Origin: a virus
Taxonomy: Duplodnaviria > Caudoviricetes
Virus record (IMG/VR): IMGVR_UViG_3300021255_004427
Coordinates: 96,001 to 160,000 of that record
Direction: 5' to 3' (one strand)
DNA length: 64,000 nucleotides
A program made the translations under genes and the position numbers. The notes under the pieces are model-generated. The model searched no databases. It had not been told where the DNA came from and was given only the letters and a program-made list of their open reading frames with translations. Positions 50,565-59,584 of the stretch are shown here, in pieces. The stretch's first letter is position 1; each line of letters opens with the position of its first letter.

Positions 50565-51065
50565 ATGGCTGTAAAAAGCATATACAAAGAGCTTTTAGAT
50601 ATGGCTCAGGATTCTCAAGTTAATGACGATATGGATATTGATATAATGGAGCCTTTTTTGGGCGACATGGCAGATATCATGTCCAACTACGATGAAAGCG
50701 AAAGTAAAATTGCCTACTTACCAATAAAAAGGCATTACATTGAACAAAATGGCTTAAGATATGATATTAGCGGCATTCTCTCTTATGCAGTTAGAGATGG
50801 AATACCGAAAAACATTCTTGATGAATATATAGATGGGGAGTTCTTTAATGATTATCCCGTAGCGGTTTCTTTTCTTATGCGGCGGGATGACTACATAAAA
50901 ATGCAGCGGGAAACATTCACCAATGGCCTTTACAATATCCTGCGATTCAGCCGGGGGATGCATAATGTATTTTCAGCCGGCCATATCGTAACGGTATATG
51001 GTGACTCGGAAAATGTAACAGTTATTGCCGGCTTTAGTAAAGAAGGGGACGAGTTAGATGATTGA
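50565..51065 (+). CDS. Hypothetical protein (166 aa)
   Basis: GAGG SD; acidic N-terminus. Confidence 0.55.
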   Translation: MAVKSIYKELLDMAQDSQVNDDMDIDIMEPFLGDMADIMSNYDESESKIAYLPIKRHYIEQNGLRYDISGILSYAVRDGIPKNILDEYIDGEFFNDYPVAVSFLMRRDDYIKMQRETFTNGLYNILRFSRGMHNVFSAGHIVTVYGDSENVTVIAGFSKEGDELDD

Positions 51066-51360
51066 TTATATTAAGAGCGCAAAAAGACTGGCCACCGAAA
51101 ACGATAATACGTTACATATGCATATTGAATGTGTAGACAACGGATATATACTACATTCTCGGAATAAGTTTTTTGACTCGGATGAACTGCGAAAAATCAC
51201 CGACGGTAATATACAGGTAAAAATGTTAAATCCTTTTCATCCGTATGAATCAGACTGGTTTATTCCTGCACCTGGTAGTGAAGCAAGGAAACTAATTCTG
51301 GAGTCAAATTTATACCTCTTGTTTCTGAAAATCTTAGGGAAAACGGAAAACAGGGCGTAA
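51058..51360 (+). CDS. Hypothetical protein (100 aa)
   Basis: Overlap-coupled; SD AAGGGG. Confidence 0.5.
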   Translation: MIDYIKSAKRLATENDNTLHMHIECVDNGYILHSRNKFFDSDELRKITDGNIQVKMLNPFHPYESDWFIPAPGSEARKLILESNLYLLFLKILGKTENRA

Positions 51361-51416
51361 TAACCCGAACAGTAGAGTAGCAGTAATAGGCCGGAGGGCC
51401 TTGGAGGAAAAGACTT

Positions 51417-52610
51417 TTGGAAATTAAAAAGGAATATAACCAGTCTCTTGAAGAGACGTACGATGATTGGAAGTATCGCATTATCCTTGGAAAAAGAGAC
51501 GGTAAGGTAGATATGAGCTGGGATGAAATCATCTCTATGCTTGGCCTTACCTGTTCCAATGATTATTTACGCAAAATAGCCGCGGGCATTGAGGGGTATC
51601 GCAATTATTTGCGAAATAGAAATGAAGAGACCTTAGAGAATGCACCGCAGTCCGCCATTGATGCTATTGACGATAAAGAGTTCCAGCTCCGCCGCCAAAA
51701 GATGCGTATGCAGGATCAGAAGCGCGAGCTTAATAAGAAACTTCGTGAATGGGCGCGGGCTGAACATATTCAGGAAGAGTTTATTAAGGCTGTTAAAGAC
51801 CTGCCAAAACTTCCCGAAGTTAATCCCATTAATAAGATTAATGGCGATAAAGAAGGCATACTGATGCTTTCCGACTGGCATGCCGGTATGGTGTCAGACA
51901 ATGCGTGCAATATATTTAATACCCGCGTTCTGCAGGAAAGAGTACAGACGCTGGTGGATAAGACCATAGAGGCATGTGTCTGTCATAATATCAGTAAGGT
52001 ACATATTTTCTGTCTCGGCGATATGGTCAACGGACTTATCCATGTGACCACACGCATTAACAACGAGGAAGACGTTGTTAAACAGAGCATGTTGGTGGCC
52101 GAACTTATCTGTAAGGTAATCAATGAGCTGTTGGAAGTGGCAGATGTTGAATTGTACTGGAGTCGTGGCAATCATGACCGCGTAGTAGCTAATAAAAAAG
52201 AGTCAATCTGTACCGAGAGCTTTGCGGATATGATTCTCTGGTATATCAAAGCAAGGCTTGAAAATACAGACGGGCTTTCCTTCCATGAAAATGAGGTGGA
52301 TGATGAGATTGTCGTGGCAGACGTACTGGGTAACACTATATTCGCTGCCCATGGCCATAAAGATAAACCGACAAAAGCCGTGGAAAATCTTTCACTTCTC
52401 TTAAAGAAGTTCCCGGACATGGTTTTATTGGGTCATTTTCATAGCGCAGCAGAACGAGAAGTGCAGGGCGCGGAAGTTATTGTAAATGGTTCGCTCTGCG
52501 GAACGGATGGGTACGCATTTAGTTTGCGGTGTACAAGTCACCCGGTTCAGAAGTTCTTAGTAATGAGCGAGCAAGGGCGAGAATGTACATATAATATTCG
52601 CCTCGATTAA
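51417..52610 (+). CDS. Calcineurin-like metallophosphoesterase with N-terminal coiled coil
   Basis: SDWH; LGDMVNG; RGNHDR; AHGH; GHFH. Confidence 0.88.
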   Translation: MEIKKEYNQSLEETYDDWKYRIILGKRDGKVDMSWDEIISMLGLTCSNDYLRKIAAGIEGYRNYLRNRNEETLENAPQSAIDAIDDKEFQLRRQKMRMQDQKRELNKKLREWARAEHIQEEFIKAVKDLPKLPEVNPINKINGDKEGILMLSDWHAGMVSDNACNIFNTRVLQERVQTLVDKTIEACVCHNISKVHIFCLGDMVNGLIHVTTRINNEEDVVKQSMLVAELICKVINELLEVADVELYWSRGNHDRVVANKKESICTESFADMILWYIKARLENTDGLSFHENEVDDEIVVADVLGNTIFAAHGHKDKPTKAVENLSLLLKKFPDMVLLGHFHSAAEREVQGAEVIVNGSLCGTDGYAFSLRCTSHPVQKFLVMSEQGRECTYNIRLD

Positions 52611-52768
52611 CAATACATAACACATCATAGCTCGTCGGCAGCGGTAATATTGCTCATGAAATAACATACTTCAAAATATGTTAGGGGCTAAGGCTAGAGC
52701 GAGGGGCATAAGCCTTGTGCAAGAAAACACTCCAGAGAATAACACGATATGTAAGGGTGTGTGATTTT

Positions 52769-53173
52769 ATGGAGCTTGAAGCGGTTGGGCAGATAGTTGG
52801 CGTACTTGGATTTTTGGGAACCGTATTTGGCTTTCTGTTTAAGACATACGGGAAAATCCGGGACTATCTGAACACACAGAACAATTTTCAGGAGCGACTG
52901 GAAAACAAGACTGTTGAAATGAAAGATACTATGGCTGGCCTAAAAGAGGACGTTGCCAAAATTCGAGAGTCGGATATGGTCCAGTCGGAAGGATTGCAAT
53001 GTGTGCTCAGAGAACAGTTGCTTAAAAACATGGAGCCGTGCATAATTAACGGTAAGGCGGACGACCATACACGAGAGAATGTTGAGCATATGTATGTTGC
53101 TTATCGGGCTCTTGGCGGCAACGGTATGATCGAAGCAATGTATAAGCAGTTTGGCAAGCTTCCGCCCGCTTAA
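52769..53173 (+). CDS. Phage membrane protein, holin-like (TM + Y.ALGGNG motif)
   Basis: N-terminal TM, coiled coil, MYVAYRALGGNG. Likely start ATG 52769. Confidence 0.55.
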   Translation: MELEAVGQIVGVLGFLGTVFGFLFKTYGKIRDYLNTQNNFQERLENKTVEMKDTMAGLKEDVAKIRESDMVQSEGLQCVLREQLLKNMEPCIINGKADDHTRENVEHMYVAYRALGGNGMIEAMYKQFGKLPPA

Positions 53174-53218
53174 AAAATGGCGTTCGTAATTCGAGCGTCG
53201 CAAAATATTATACCAAAT

Positions 53219-53251
53219 AAAAATAAGGCAGGATATATGCCTTATTTTTTT
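53219..53251 (+). terminator. Intrinsic terminator
   Basis: AAATAAGGCA...TGCCTTATTT + T-run. Confidence 0.75.
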
Positions 53252-53383
53252 ATGCTATGAGCGCCATAAAACAGCATAAGTAGGCTGTAATAAGCGGACT
53301 GTAAGACTATTAATAAGCATAACTATAATACACACAGATAAAATGCTATAAAACGTAGGAGCTGTAGGAGGAATCCGTAAACA

Positions 53384-54370
53384 ATGTCAATGACAAGTAT
53401 TAAGCAAATAAATGGCGGCAAAGAACTTCAAGGCGATGTTCACGCCCTGTTAAATATAGTTGGAAAAGATAAGGAAGCGTTCTTTAATGAAATACTGAAC
53501 TGGCTTTTGTCGGAAGCGCCGCAGGATTTTAATCCAGAAATTCTTAAGAGCAGCAAGCTGGTTAAGCTGGTTAGTTCGGCAGTAATGGTAAATAATGAAG
53601 AGCCTGAAAAACCATATCTTAGCTTTGTGGAAGAAAATAATGAACCATTTACGCTAAAAACTAACGGTAAAAACTGGGATGGTGCCTTAGAATACTCGAC
53701 AGACACAGAAAATTGGTCAGAATGGGACGGTACTGAGGTTAGTTCTTCTAATGACGGAAAATTGTATTTAAGAGGAACGGGCAATACTGTAATTTCGCAA
53801 GGCTTACCATTTATTTTTACGGATAATAAGAGAATCCAATGTTTTGGTAATATAGAAAACTTGTTGGACTATCAAGCTGTTATAGTAGGTAATCACCCAA
53901 CAATGAGTCAAAGTTGCTTTGACTCATTGTTCTGCGGGTCGTGCCTTATTACAGCGCCAGAATTGCCATCAACAGATTTAGCTTCAAACTGTTATAGTTT
54001 TATGTTCTATGAATGCACACTCCTTGAAAAAGCGCCGCAATTACCTGCTATAAATCTACAAGATTATTGTTATGCTGTTATGTTCCAAAATTGCACCGCT
54101 CTTAAAGAAGCTCCTGAGTTACCTGCAACAGAGATGCATGAACTCTGCTATGGAAATATGTTTGCAGATTGTACATCTCTTATTAAACCACCAACTCAAC
54201 TTCCTGCGTCGGCATTGGCGTCAAACTGCTATAACAGCATGTTCAGAAACTGCACTTCTCTTGCGGGTAGTATTCATTGCCCTGCTTCTACTGCATCAGA
54301 TCCTAACAGACTTGATGCTAGTACAGATAATTTACCCGCTAATACTGCTACCGTAGTATATGACTTGTAA
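53384..54370 (+). CDS. BspA-like leucine-rich repeat surface protein
   Basis: Four to five copies of AP(E/Q)LP(A/S)..L...CY..MF..CT.L. Confidence 0.75.
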   Translation: MSMTSIKQINGGKELQGDVHALLNIVGKDKEAFFNEILNWLLSEAPQDFNPEILKSSKLVKLVSSAVMVNNEEPEKPYLSFVEENNEPFTLKTNGKNWDGALEYSTDTENWSEWDGTEVSSSNDGKLYLRGTGNTVISQGLPFIFTDNKRIQCFGNIENLLDYQAVIVGNHPTMSQSCFDSLFCGSCLITAPELPSTDLASNCYSFMFYECTLLEKAPQLPAINLQDYCYAVMFQNCTALKEAPELPATEMHELCYGNMFADCTSLIKPPTQLPASALASNCYNSMFRNCTSLAGSIHCPASTASDPNRLDASTDNLPANTATVVYDL

Positions 54371-54388
54371 ACAAAGGAGTATTTTTAT

Positions 54389-56566
54389 ATGCTTTCACTA
54401 GCTCAGACCATAAAAGATTTAAAAAATAATATAGTAAATATCTTAAACACCATGGCACCTAAAACATATGTCGACAAAAAGGTAGCTGATTTGGTTAATG
54501 GAGCGCCGGCACAATTAGACACCCTGCAGGAATTATCCAAGGCTCTTAACAATGACAAAGATTTTGGAGCAACTGTTAATAACGCCATTGCTAAGAAACT
54601 GGATTCAGCTGGCGGCACCATTACAGGTAACTTAACGGTAAAAGGTACTTTGACGGCTAAAGCGTCCACGGCCGGTACAGCAGATAGAGCCTTAAAAGCT
54701 GATACATGTACGGGTAACGCAGCTACAGCTTCCAGCGTGTCCTGGTCCGGCATAACAAATAAGCCGACCAGTTTTACTCCGACGATTGCAGCAGAAGTAG
54801 CAGGAACAGCCCCCGCTGCTGGCCAAATCGTGAGAGTAAATAGTCTCGGTGCTCTGATTACCAATGATTTGCTGAAAACGGTGCGCGCTGCAGGAACCGA
54901 TGCTGATATCAGTAAGTTAGTTGCTGAACCTATTTCCATGAAGGAAATGTTTTCAAACTGGCAGAGAATCAGCTGCGCGGCAAATGGCCAGAATCAAAAC
55001 TCGAACAGCAGTGACCAAACCACAGCCCGTGCTTGTTACTATTATGACGACAACACCAGAACCATTGTGTGCCCCAATAACTCTGACCCGTTCTCGGCAT
55101 TTGTTAGCTCAGACAGTTATGCTCCGGATTATCGAATAAAATACCAACTTACAGGACGCGACGGTGATGACGACGGTCTCTGTTTTATAGCAGGATTTAT
55201 GGTGGATAAAGCTGGTAAGTTCCATACACTTACGGTTTGGCGTATGGGCGACAATGAAACGCAAGCTCCTGACCCGATTTCAGACTACAAGGCATCGTCC
55301 CATCAGGCTCGTTTTGCTATTTGCTACGATGTATACGCCGCCTGGATGCCGCAAAGTCCCAATGGAATCGTATTAGCGCGCACGGTTGCGCCACTTAAAA
55401 CCGACTGGTATACGAAAACATGTCTTTGCGAAGTTCAAAAAACTTCCACGCAAATTATTGCGAAAACGGCAGATGTCAACTCCACTGACATGAAGTACAC
55501 GTTAACATTCACTTTGCCTTCTTCAAAACCCGCCGACTGGTCACAAGAAGCTTATGATAACATTAAATTCATGATGCAGAATTCTTCTCAAATCGGTTTT
55601 GGTACGCAATCTAATCCATGTTCATTTAAGATTTTGGAACAGACTGGGTCAATTACGGCTATTACAGTATACAACGTAAACACTGGTAAAAAGCTTACGT
55701 ATATGAACGGAGCAAAGCAGAGCGAAGTTGATGACAGCAATGTTCTAACTCCTGGATGTTTCTTGTATTCCACGATTACTAAGAAGTTGTTCTACGTTAA
55801 GAATAAGGATATGGTAGTTCTTATCGACAACGGCGGAGAAGATATCCTAACTAACAAAAATATCGTTAAAAACGGTACGCCGACAAAAGATGTCTCGTTA
55901 AGGTACGAGACGGAAAACGGTAAAAACGTCGTAATTCCTTACGTAGATGGAGTAAAAGTACCGTTATCTGCGAATACTTGGGATTCCATTACAGGTAAAC
56001 CATCAACATTCGCACCATCCAGTCATAGTCATGGTTGGGGAGAGATTAGCAATAAACCGGCACAAGCAACGAGATGGCCGACTTGGGGCGAGGTATCAGA
56101 AAAGCCTACCTCCTTTACGCCTGCTGCACATAGCCATGGATGGGATTCTATTACAGGCAAACCATCGACTTTTGCGCCCTCCGGCCATAGTCATGCATGG
56201 GATTCCATTACGGGTAAGCCGTCAACATTTACGCCATCTAGCCATAACCATGCGTGGAGTAATATCACTGGCGCACCGGCCACGGCTACGCGTTGGCCGA
56301 CCTGGGATGAAATAACAGGCAAACCCGCTACCTTCCCGTCTAGTGGTGGCGGTACAGCGTCCAGTGTGGCATGGAATAATATTACAGGTAAACCATCAAC
56401 TTTTGCACCGTCCAGCCATGGTCATGCATGGGGAGAGATTAGTGGAGCTCCGGCGCAGGCGACCAGATGGCCGACATGGAGCGAAGTTTCCAGTAAACCC
56501 GGAAGGATCGTTACCGTTGCATCTTGGGATGCTAGTACGGGCGTTCTTCAGTTAAAAACCGTGTAA
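54389..56566 (+). CDS. Tail fibre protein with WDSITGKP/HxH repeats
   Basis: LVNGAPAQLDTLQELSKAL fibre motif; more than 10 W..I.(G/N/E)KP-type repeats, several with HSH/HGH. Confidence 0.85.
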   Translation: MLSLAQTIKDLKNNIVNILNTMAPKTYVDKKVADLVNGAPAQLDTLQELSKALNNDKDFGATVNNAIAKKLDSAGGTITGNLTVKGTLTAKASTAGTADRALKADTCTGNAATASSVSWSGITNKPTSFTPTIAAEVAGTAPAAGQIVRVNSLGALITNDLLKTVRAAGTDADISKLVAEPISMKEMFSNWQRISCAANGQNQNSNSSDQTTARACYYYDDNTRTIVCPNNSDPFSAFVSSDSYAPDYRIKYQLTGRDGDDDGLCFIAGFMVDKAGKFHTLTVWRMGDNETQAPDPISDYKASSHQARFAICYDVYAAWMPQSPNGIVLARTVAPLKTDWYTKTCLCEVQKTSTQIIAKTADVNSTDMKYTLTFTLPSSKPADWSQEAYDNIKFMMQNSSQIGFGTQSNPCSFKILEQTGSITAITVYNVNTGKKLTYMNGAKQSEVDDSNVLTPGCFLYSTITKKLFYVKNKDMVVLIDNGGEDILTNKNIVKNGTPTKDVSLRYETENGKNVVIPYVDGVKVPLSANTWDSITGKPSTFAPSSHSHGWGEISNKPAQATRWPTWGEVSEKPTSFTPAAHSHGWDSITGKPSTFAPSGHSHAWDSITGKPSTFTPSSHNHAWSNITGAPATATRWPTWDEITGKPATFPSSGGGTASSVAWNNITGKPSTFAPSSHGHAWGEISGAPAQATRWPTWSEVSSKPGRIVTVASWDASTGVLQLKTV

Positions 56567-56578
56567 AGGATGTAGTCT

Positions 56579-57247
56579 ATGTCTCTTATTATTTCTGACG
56601 GCGAGCCAAAAGATATACAACTAAATGGAACCGCCGTAAAAGAAGTTTGGTTTGATGGCAAAAAAGTTTGGCCTATCTTTGCCGTTATTATAGATGAATA
56701 CACTGTAACTGGCACTCTTATCACGAAAGACTATTGGTACACTACAATCGAAGAATGCTCCGGAGAATGTTATCAAGATCCTCACGGCAGTATGTCAGAC
56801 CGGAACTGCGACTGTTATGGCAGAGAAGGATATGAGCTTGCTACCTGCTATAGGCTGGAGCTCACATTTAGTGGCAAGATAGATCACCTTCCGATAAAAT
56901 ATATTTCCAAATCTGGGGCTACAGTAATCATAGAGGCTAATAAGCTAAAGCACGACAAAGATAAGAATACCTACACCCATGAGTTCGATACTATGGATAC
57001 CCTTGAAGAAATTCAATCCATATATCCAGATACGGGCGTAACAGACTATAGCATTATTAAGTCCTGCGATATTACGGAACAAAAATATGAGGCACCAGAA
57101 CTAGATTGTGATTGTGGTGAAGAAAACTGTGAAAACGACTGTATAAATTGTGTGAGTGATGACTGCCTTAGTGATATGGGTGACTGCGATTGTGCGGATT
57201 GTTCCGACTGTGATATGGACTGTGATATGGACTGTGGTTTGGATTAA
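56579..57247 (+). CDS. Tail-associated protein with Cys/Asp-rich C-terminal tail (candidate rSAM substrate)
   Basis: N-terminal LNGTAVKEVWFDGKKVWP; last 49 aa contain 12 Cys and 15 Asp. Confidence 0.7.
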   Translation: MSLIISDGEPKDIQLNGTAVKEVWFDGKKVWPIFAVIIDEYTVTGTLITKDYWYTTIEECSGECYQDPHGSMSDRNCDCYGREGYELATCYRLELTFSGKIDHLPIKYISKSGATVIIEANKLKHDKDKNTYTHEFDTMDTLEEIQSIYPDTGVTDYSIIKSCDITEQKYEAPELDCDCGEENCENDCINCVSDDCLSDMGDCDCADCSDCDMDCDMDCGLD

Positions 57248-57261
57248 TATAAGGAGCCGAT

Positions 57262-58290
57262 ATGATAATAAAAAGAATATTTCTTATGCTTGGCCCGAAA
57301 TGCAACCTTCAATGCAAGTATTGCTTGCAGCATGACATGGTGGATCATGACAGTACCATAGTCAAGCCGGAAGTGAAAGAATGGATACAAAGCAAGGTGC
57401 CGACAGATTTTGACGCACCTTTAACCATTACGTTTTACGGTGGCGAGCCGTTGGTCTATTGGGGCGCTATTAAAGATGTCGTGCAGAGTATTACCGGTAA
57501 CGTCAACTACGGCATAATTTCTAATGGCAAGCTCATGACTCCCGATAAAGTCGACTTTATTAACGATTACGATATCGGCGTGGCAATCTCGTGGGATGGC
57601 GCTAACGTAGAAGAAACCCGTGGCTATGATGCTGTCAAAAGCAACCCAAATATCTTAGATATTAAACGGCTAAGCTTTTCAGCAGTGCTTAGCTCGCATA
57701 CTTATCCGAGAGATTTTTTAGACGAACTTGATCCGATCATGGGAACGTATAGACGAATTCATGGAAATTCTCCTGGGGTTAATATAGATACGATAATGGA
57801 CTTTGGTAATTGTGGTGAATTACGCGAGATGGATTGCTCAAAAATTGAAGAGCAAATGCGTTACATAATTCAAAACAAAAAAAATAATTCAGCCTATTAT
57901 CGTATCGTTAACCGCTGGCAGAAGCGATATGTCTTTTACCGCAAATACGTAGACAAGACGCCTCTTTGCGGTAACGGCTATGCCGTATGGAACGTAGACG
58001 TTAACGGCGATGTATATCGTTGCCATAACTGCGGCGAAAAAGTCGGCACAATATTTGAACCTCCTGAAGTCGTGCTGGACAGGGTAAAGAAAATGGATCC
58101 AACATACAAAAACTATCAGGAAAAATGCAAAGATTGTCCGGCACAGCCTCTATGCCGCAGCGGCTGCCCGCTAATAGATTCTCAAGGAAGAGAAGACTAC
58201 TACTGCGACATTAAAAAGGCATTCTTATATCCTTTAATCGAAGATATGAATGTGCCTAAAGAAACAGGAAGGATAATACATATTGGATAA
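57262..58290 (+). CDS. Radical SAM / SPASM-domain protein
   Basis: CNLQCKYC (CxxxCxxC); FYGGEP; ISNG; ISWDG; SPASM CGNG...GDVYRC...CKDC.....CRSGCP...C. Confidence 0.93.
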   Translation: MIIKRIFLMLGPKCNLQCKYCLQHDMVDHDSTIVKPEVKEWIQSKVPTDFDAPLTITFYGGEPLVYWGAIKDVVQSITGNVNYGIISNGKLMTPDKVDFINDYDIGVAISWDGANVEETRGYDAVKSNPNILDIKRLSFSAVLSSHTYPRDFLDELDPIMGTYRRIHGNSPGVNIDTIMDFGNCGELREMDCSKIEEQMRYIIQNKKNNSAYYRIVNRWQKRYVFYRKYVDKTPLCGNGYAVWNVDVNGDVYRCHNCGEKVGTIFEPPEVVLDRVKKMDPTYKNYQEKCKDCPAQPLCRSGCPLIDSQGREDYYCDIKKAFLYPLIEDMNVPKETGRIIHIG

Positions 58291-59038
58291 TAGTATAGTT
58301 AGAAAGCAATCCGCTTATGTACCGCAAGAGCAACTCATCTTAGGCAATGTGCTTGGAAGTGCACACTATGGACTTGCGGATGAATGGTCTGATCAGGACG
58401 TATGCTATCTACTGATGCCGTCTAAGCAAGACTTAATCCGCGGACGAAAACCTCAGCGCCTGTTGTTTATGGATCAGTGCGACGTCAGTATGTTTGACAT
58501 TCGCAGCCTTATGTTCTTTATCGCTGAAGGCGATATTAATAAACTAGGACTGCTCTTTAACGATGACTGTATGTATGTAGCTCCCCAGTTTAAGGATTTT
58601 GTTGACCAGCTTGTTGCGCGGCGAGAAGATTTAATCAATACTATATCGCCGTCCATACATGCTTGGGCTTTAAATATGTTTGAGTATAAATTGGGACAAA
58701 TCCATTACTACAAGGACACCGAAGAGAAATACAAGCAGTTCGGTTACAATACGAAGAATGTGGCGCAGGCTATTTATTATATCCGTATAGCCATGCAGTA
58801 TTTCATCAACCGTAACTACAGCGTAGAAAATCCTATGCTAAAAGCCTATGATTGCTCCGGCTTTCGCGATGAAATCCTAGATATCAAACACGGTAAGTAC
58901 TCGGAAGAGGAGGCTGTAGCTATAGCTGAAGCAGAATACGCGAAATTAATCGGCATTACTAACTTAGGAAGAAACCATAACGTAGGTTGGGTTAATCAGC
59001 TGGTTTACGACGAAATAGAAAAAATGTTAGGAACGTGA
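58283..59038 (+). CDS. Pol-beta superfamily nucleotidyltransferase (PF10127-like)
   Basis: GSAHYGLADEWSDQD (GS..YG.....SD.D); later ILDIKHGKY; overlaps the rSAM gene by 8 nt. Confidence 0.8.
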   Translation: MDNSIVRKQSAYVPQEQLILGNVLGSAHYGLADEWSDQDVCYLLMPSKQDLIRGRKPQRLLFMDQCDVSMFDIRSLMFFIAEGDINKLGLLFNDDCMYVAPQFKDFVDQLVARREDLINTISPSIHAWALNMFEYKLGQIHYYKDTEEKYKQFGYNTKNVAQAIYYIRIAMQYFINRNYSVENPMLKAYDCSGFRDEILDIKHGKYSEEEAVAIAEAEYAKLIGITNLGRNHNVGWVNQLVYDEIEKMLGT

Positions 59039-59044
59039 CGAATC

Positions 59045-59563
59045 ATGCTAACCTTACCTCAGATAATAAAAGACTTATTATCTAAAGCTAAAACCATTAG
59101 TAATAATATCACAGAAACTTATATTAAGAATTTAATCACTACGGAAATAGAGCGCTCTATTTCTTCTTCTACTGATGGGCCATTATATTTAGCTATTAAA
59201 AACGCGGCTTTTACCAACCTTCCTCCCAAAATTGGTTATGGCAAAGAAAAGACGCTTACAATCACCCCCGTCGGTGGACAGTTAAAAGTAAATATCCCCT
59301 CACAGGCAATATACTTAGGTGGATTCGGCAGTATTATCCCCGCGCAAACAATAAGCCTGCCAGCTAATCAGGATAATTACATTTATGTAGTCCGCGACGC
59401 CGCCGACTATACAAAAGTAAGCTTTGAGATTTACGACCACTTACTTGGCGGAAAAGATAAAGATATCCACTTTACCCGTATTCTTTGCGCCCGCTTTAAG
59501 ACGGATGGTTCTAAGGTTATTGAACAGGAGGCGTTCGAGACAGCGAACTATTCCTGTTTTTAA
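59045..59563 (+). CDS. Short member of a fibre/adhesin paralogue family
   Basis: Shares MLTLP..KDL, AAFTNLPPKIGY and C-terminal IYLGG...AN.DNYIY...YDHLLG...F.RIL with 59585. Confidence 0.7.
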   Translation: MLTLPQIIKDLLSKAKTISNNITETYIKNLITTEIERSISSSTDGPLYLAIKNAAFTNLPPKIGYGKEKTLTITPVGGQLKVNIPSQAIYLGGFGSIIPAQTISLPANQDNYIYVVRDAADYTKVSFEIYDHLLGGKDKDIHFTRILCARFKTDGSKVIEQEAFETANYSCF

Positions 59564-59584
59564 TAATATACATGGAGAGATTTT

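Noticed and set aside
52660-52730. c-di-GMP riboswitch
   Set aside because: Only a partial GGGCTAAG...AGCC resemblance; the conserved GCAAA elements are missing.
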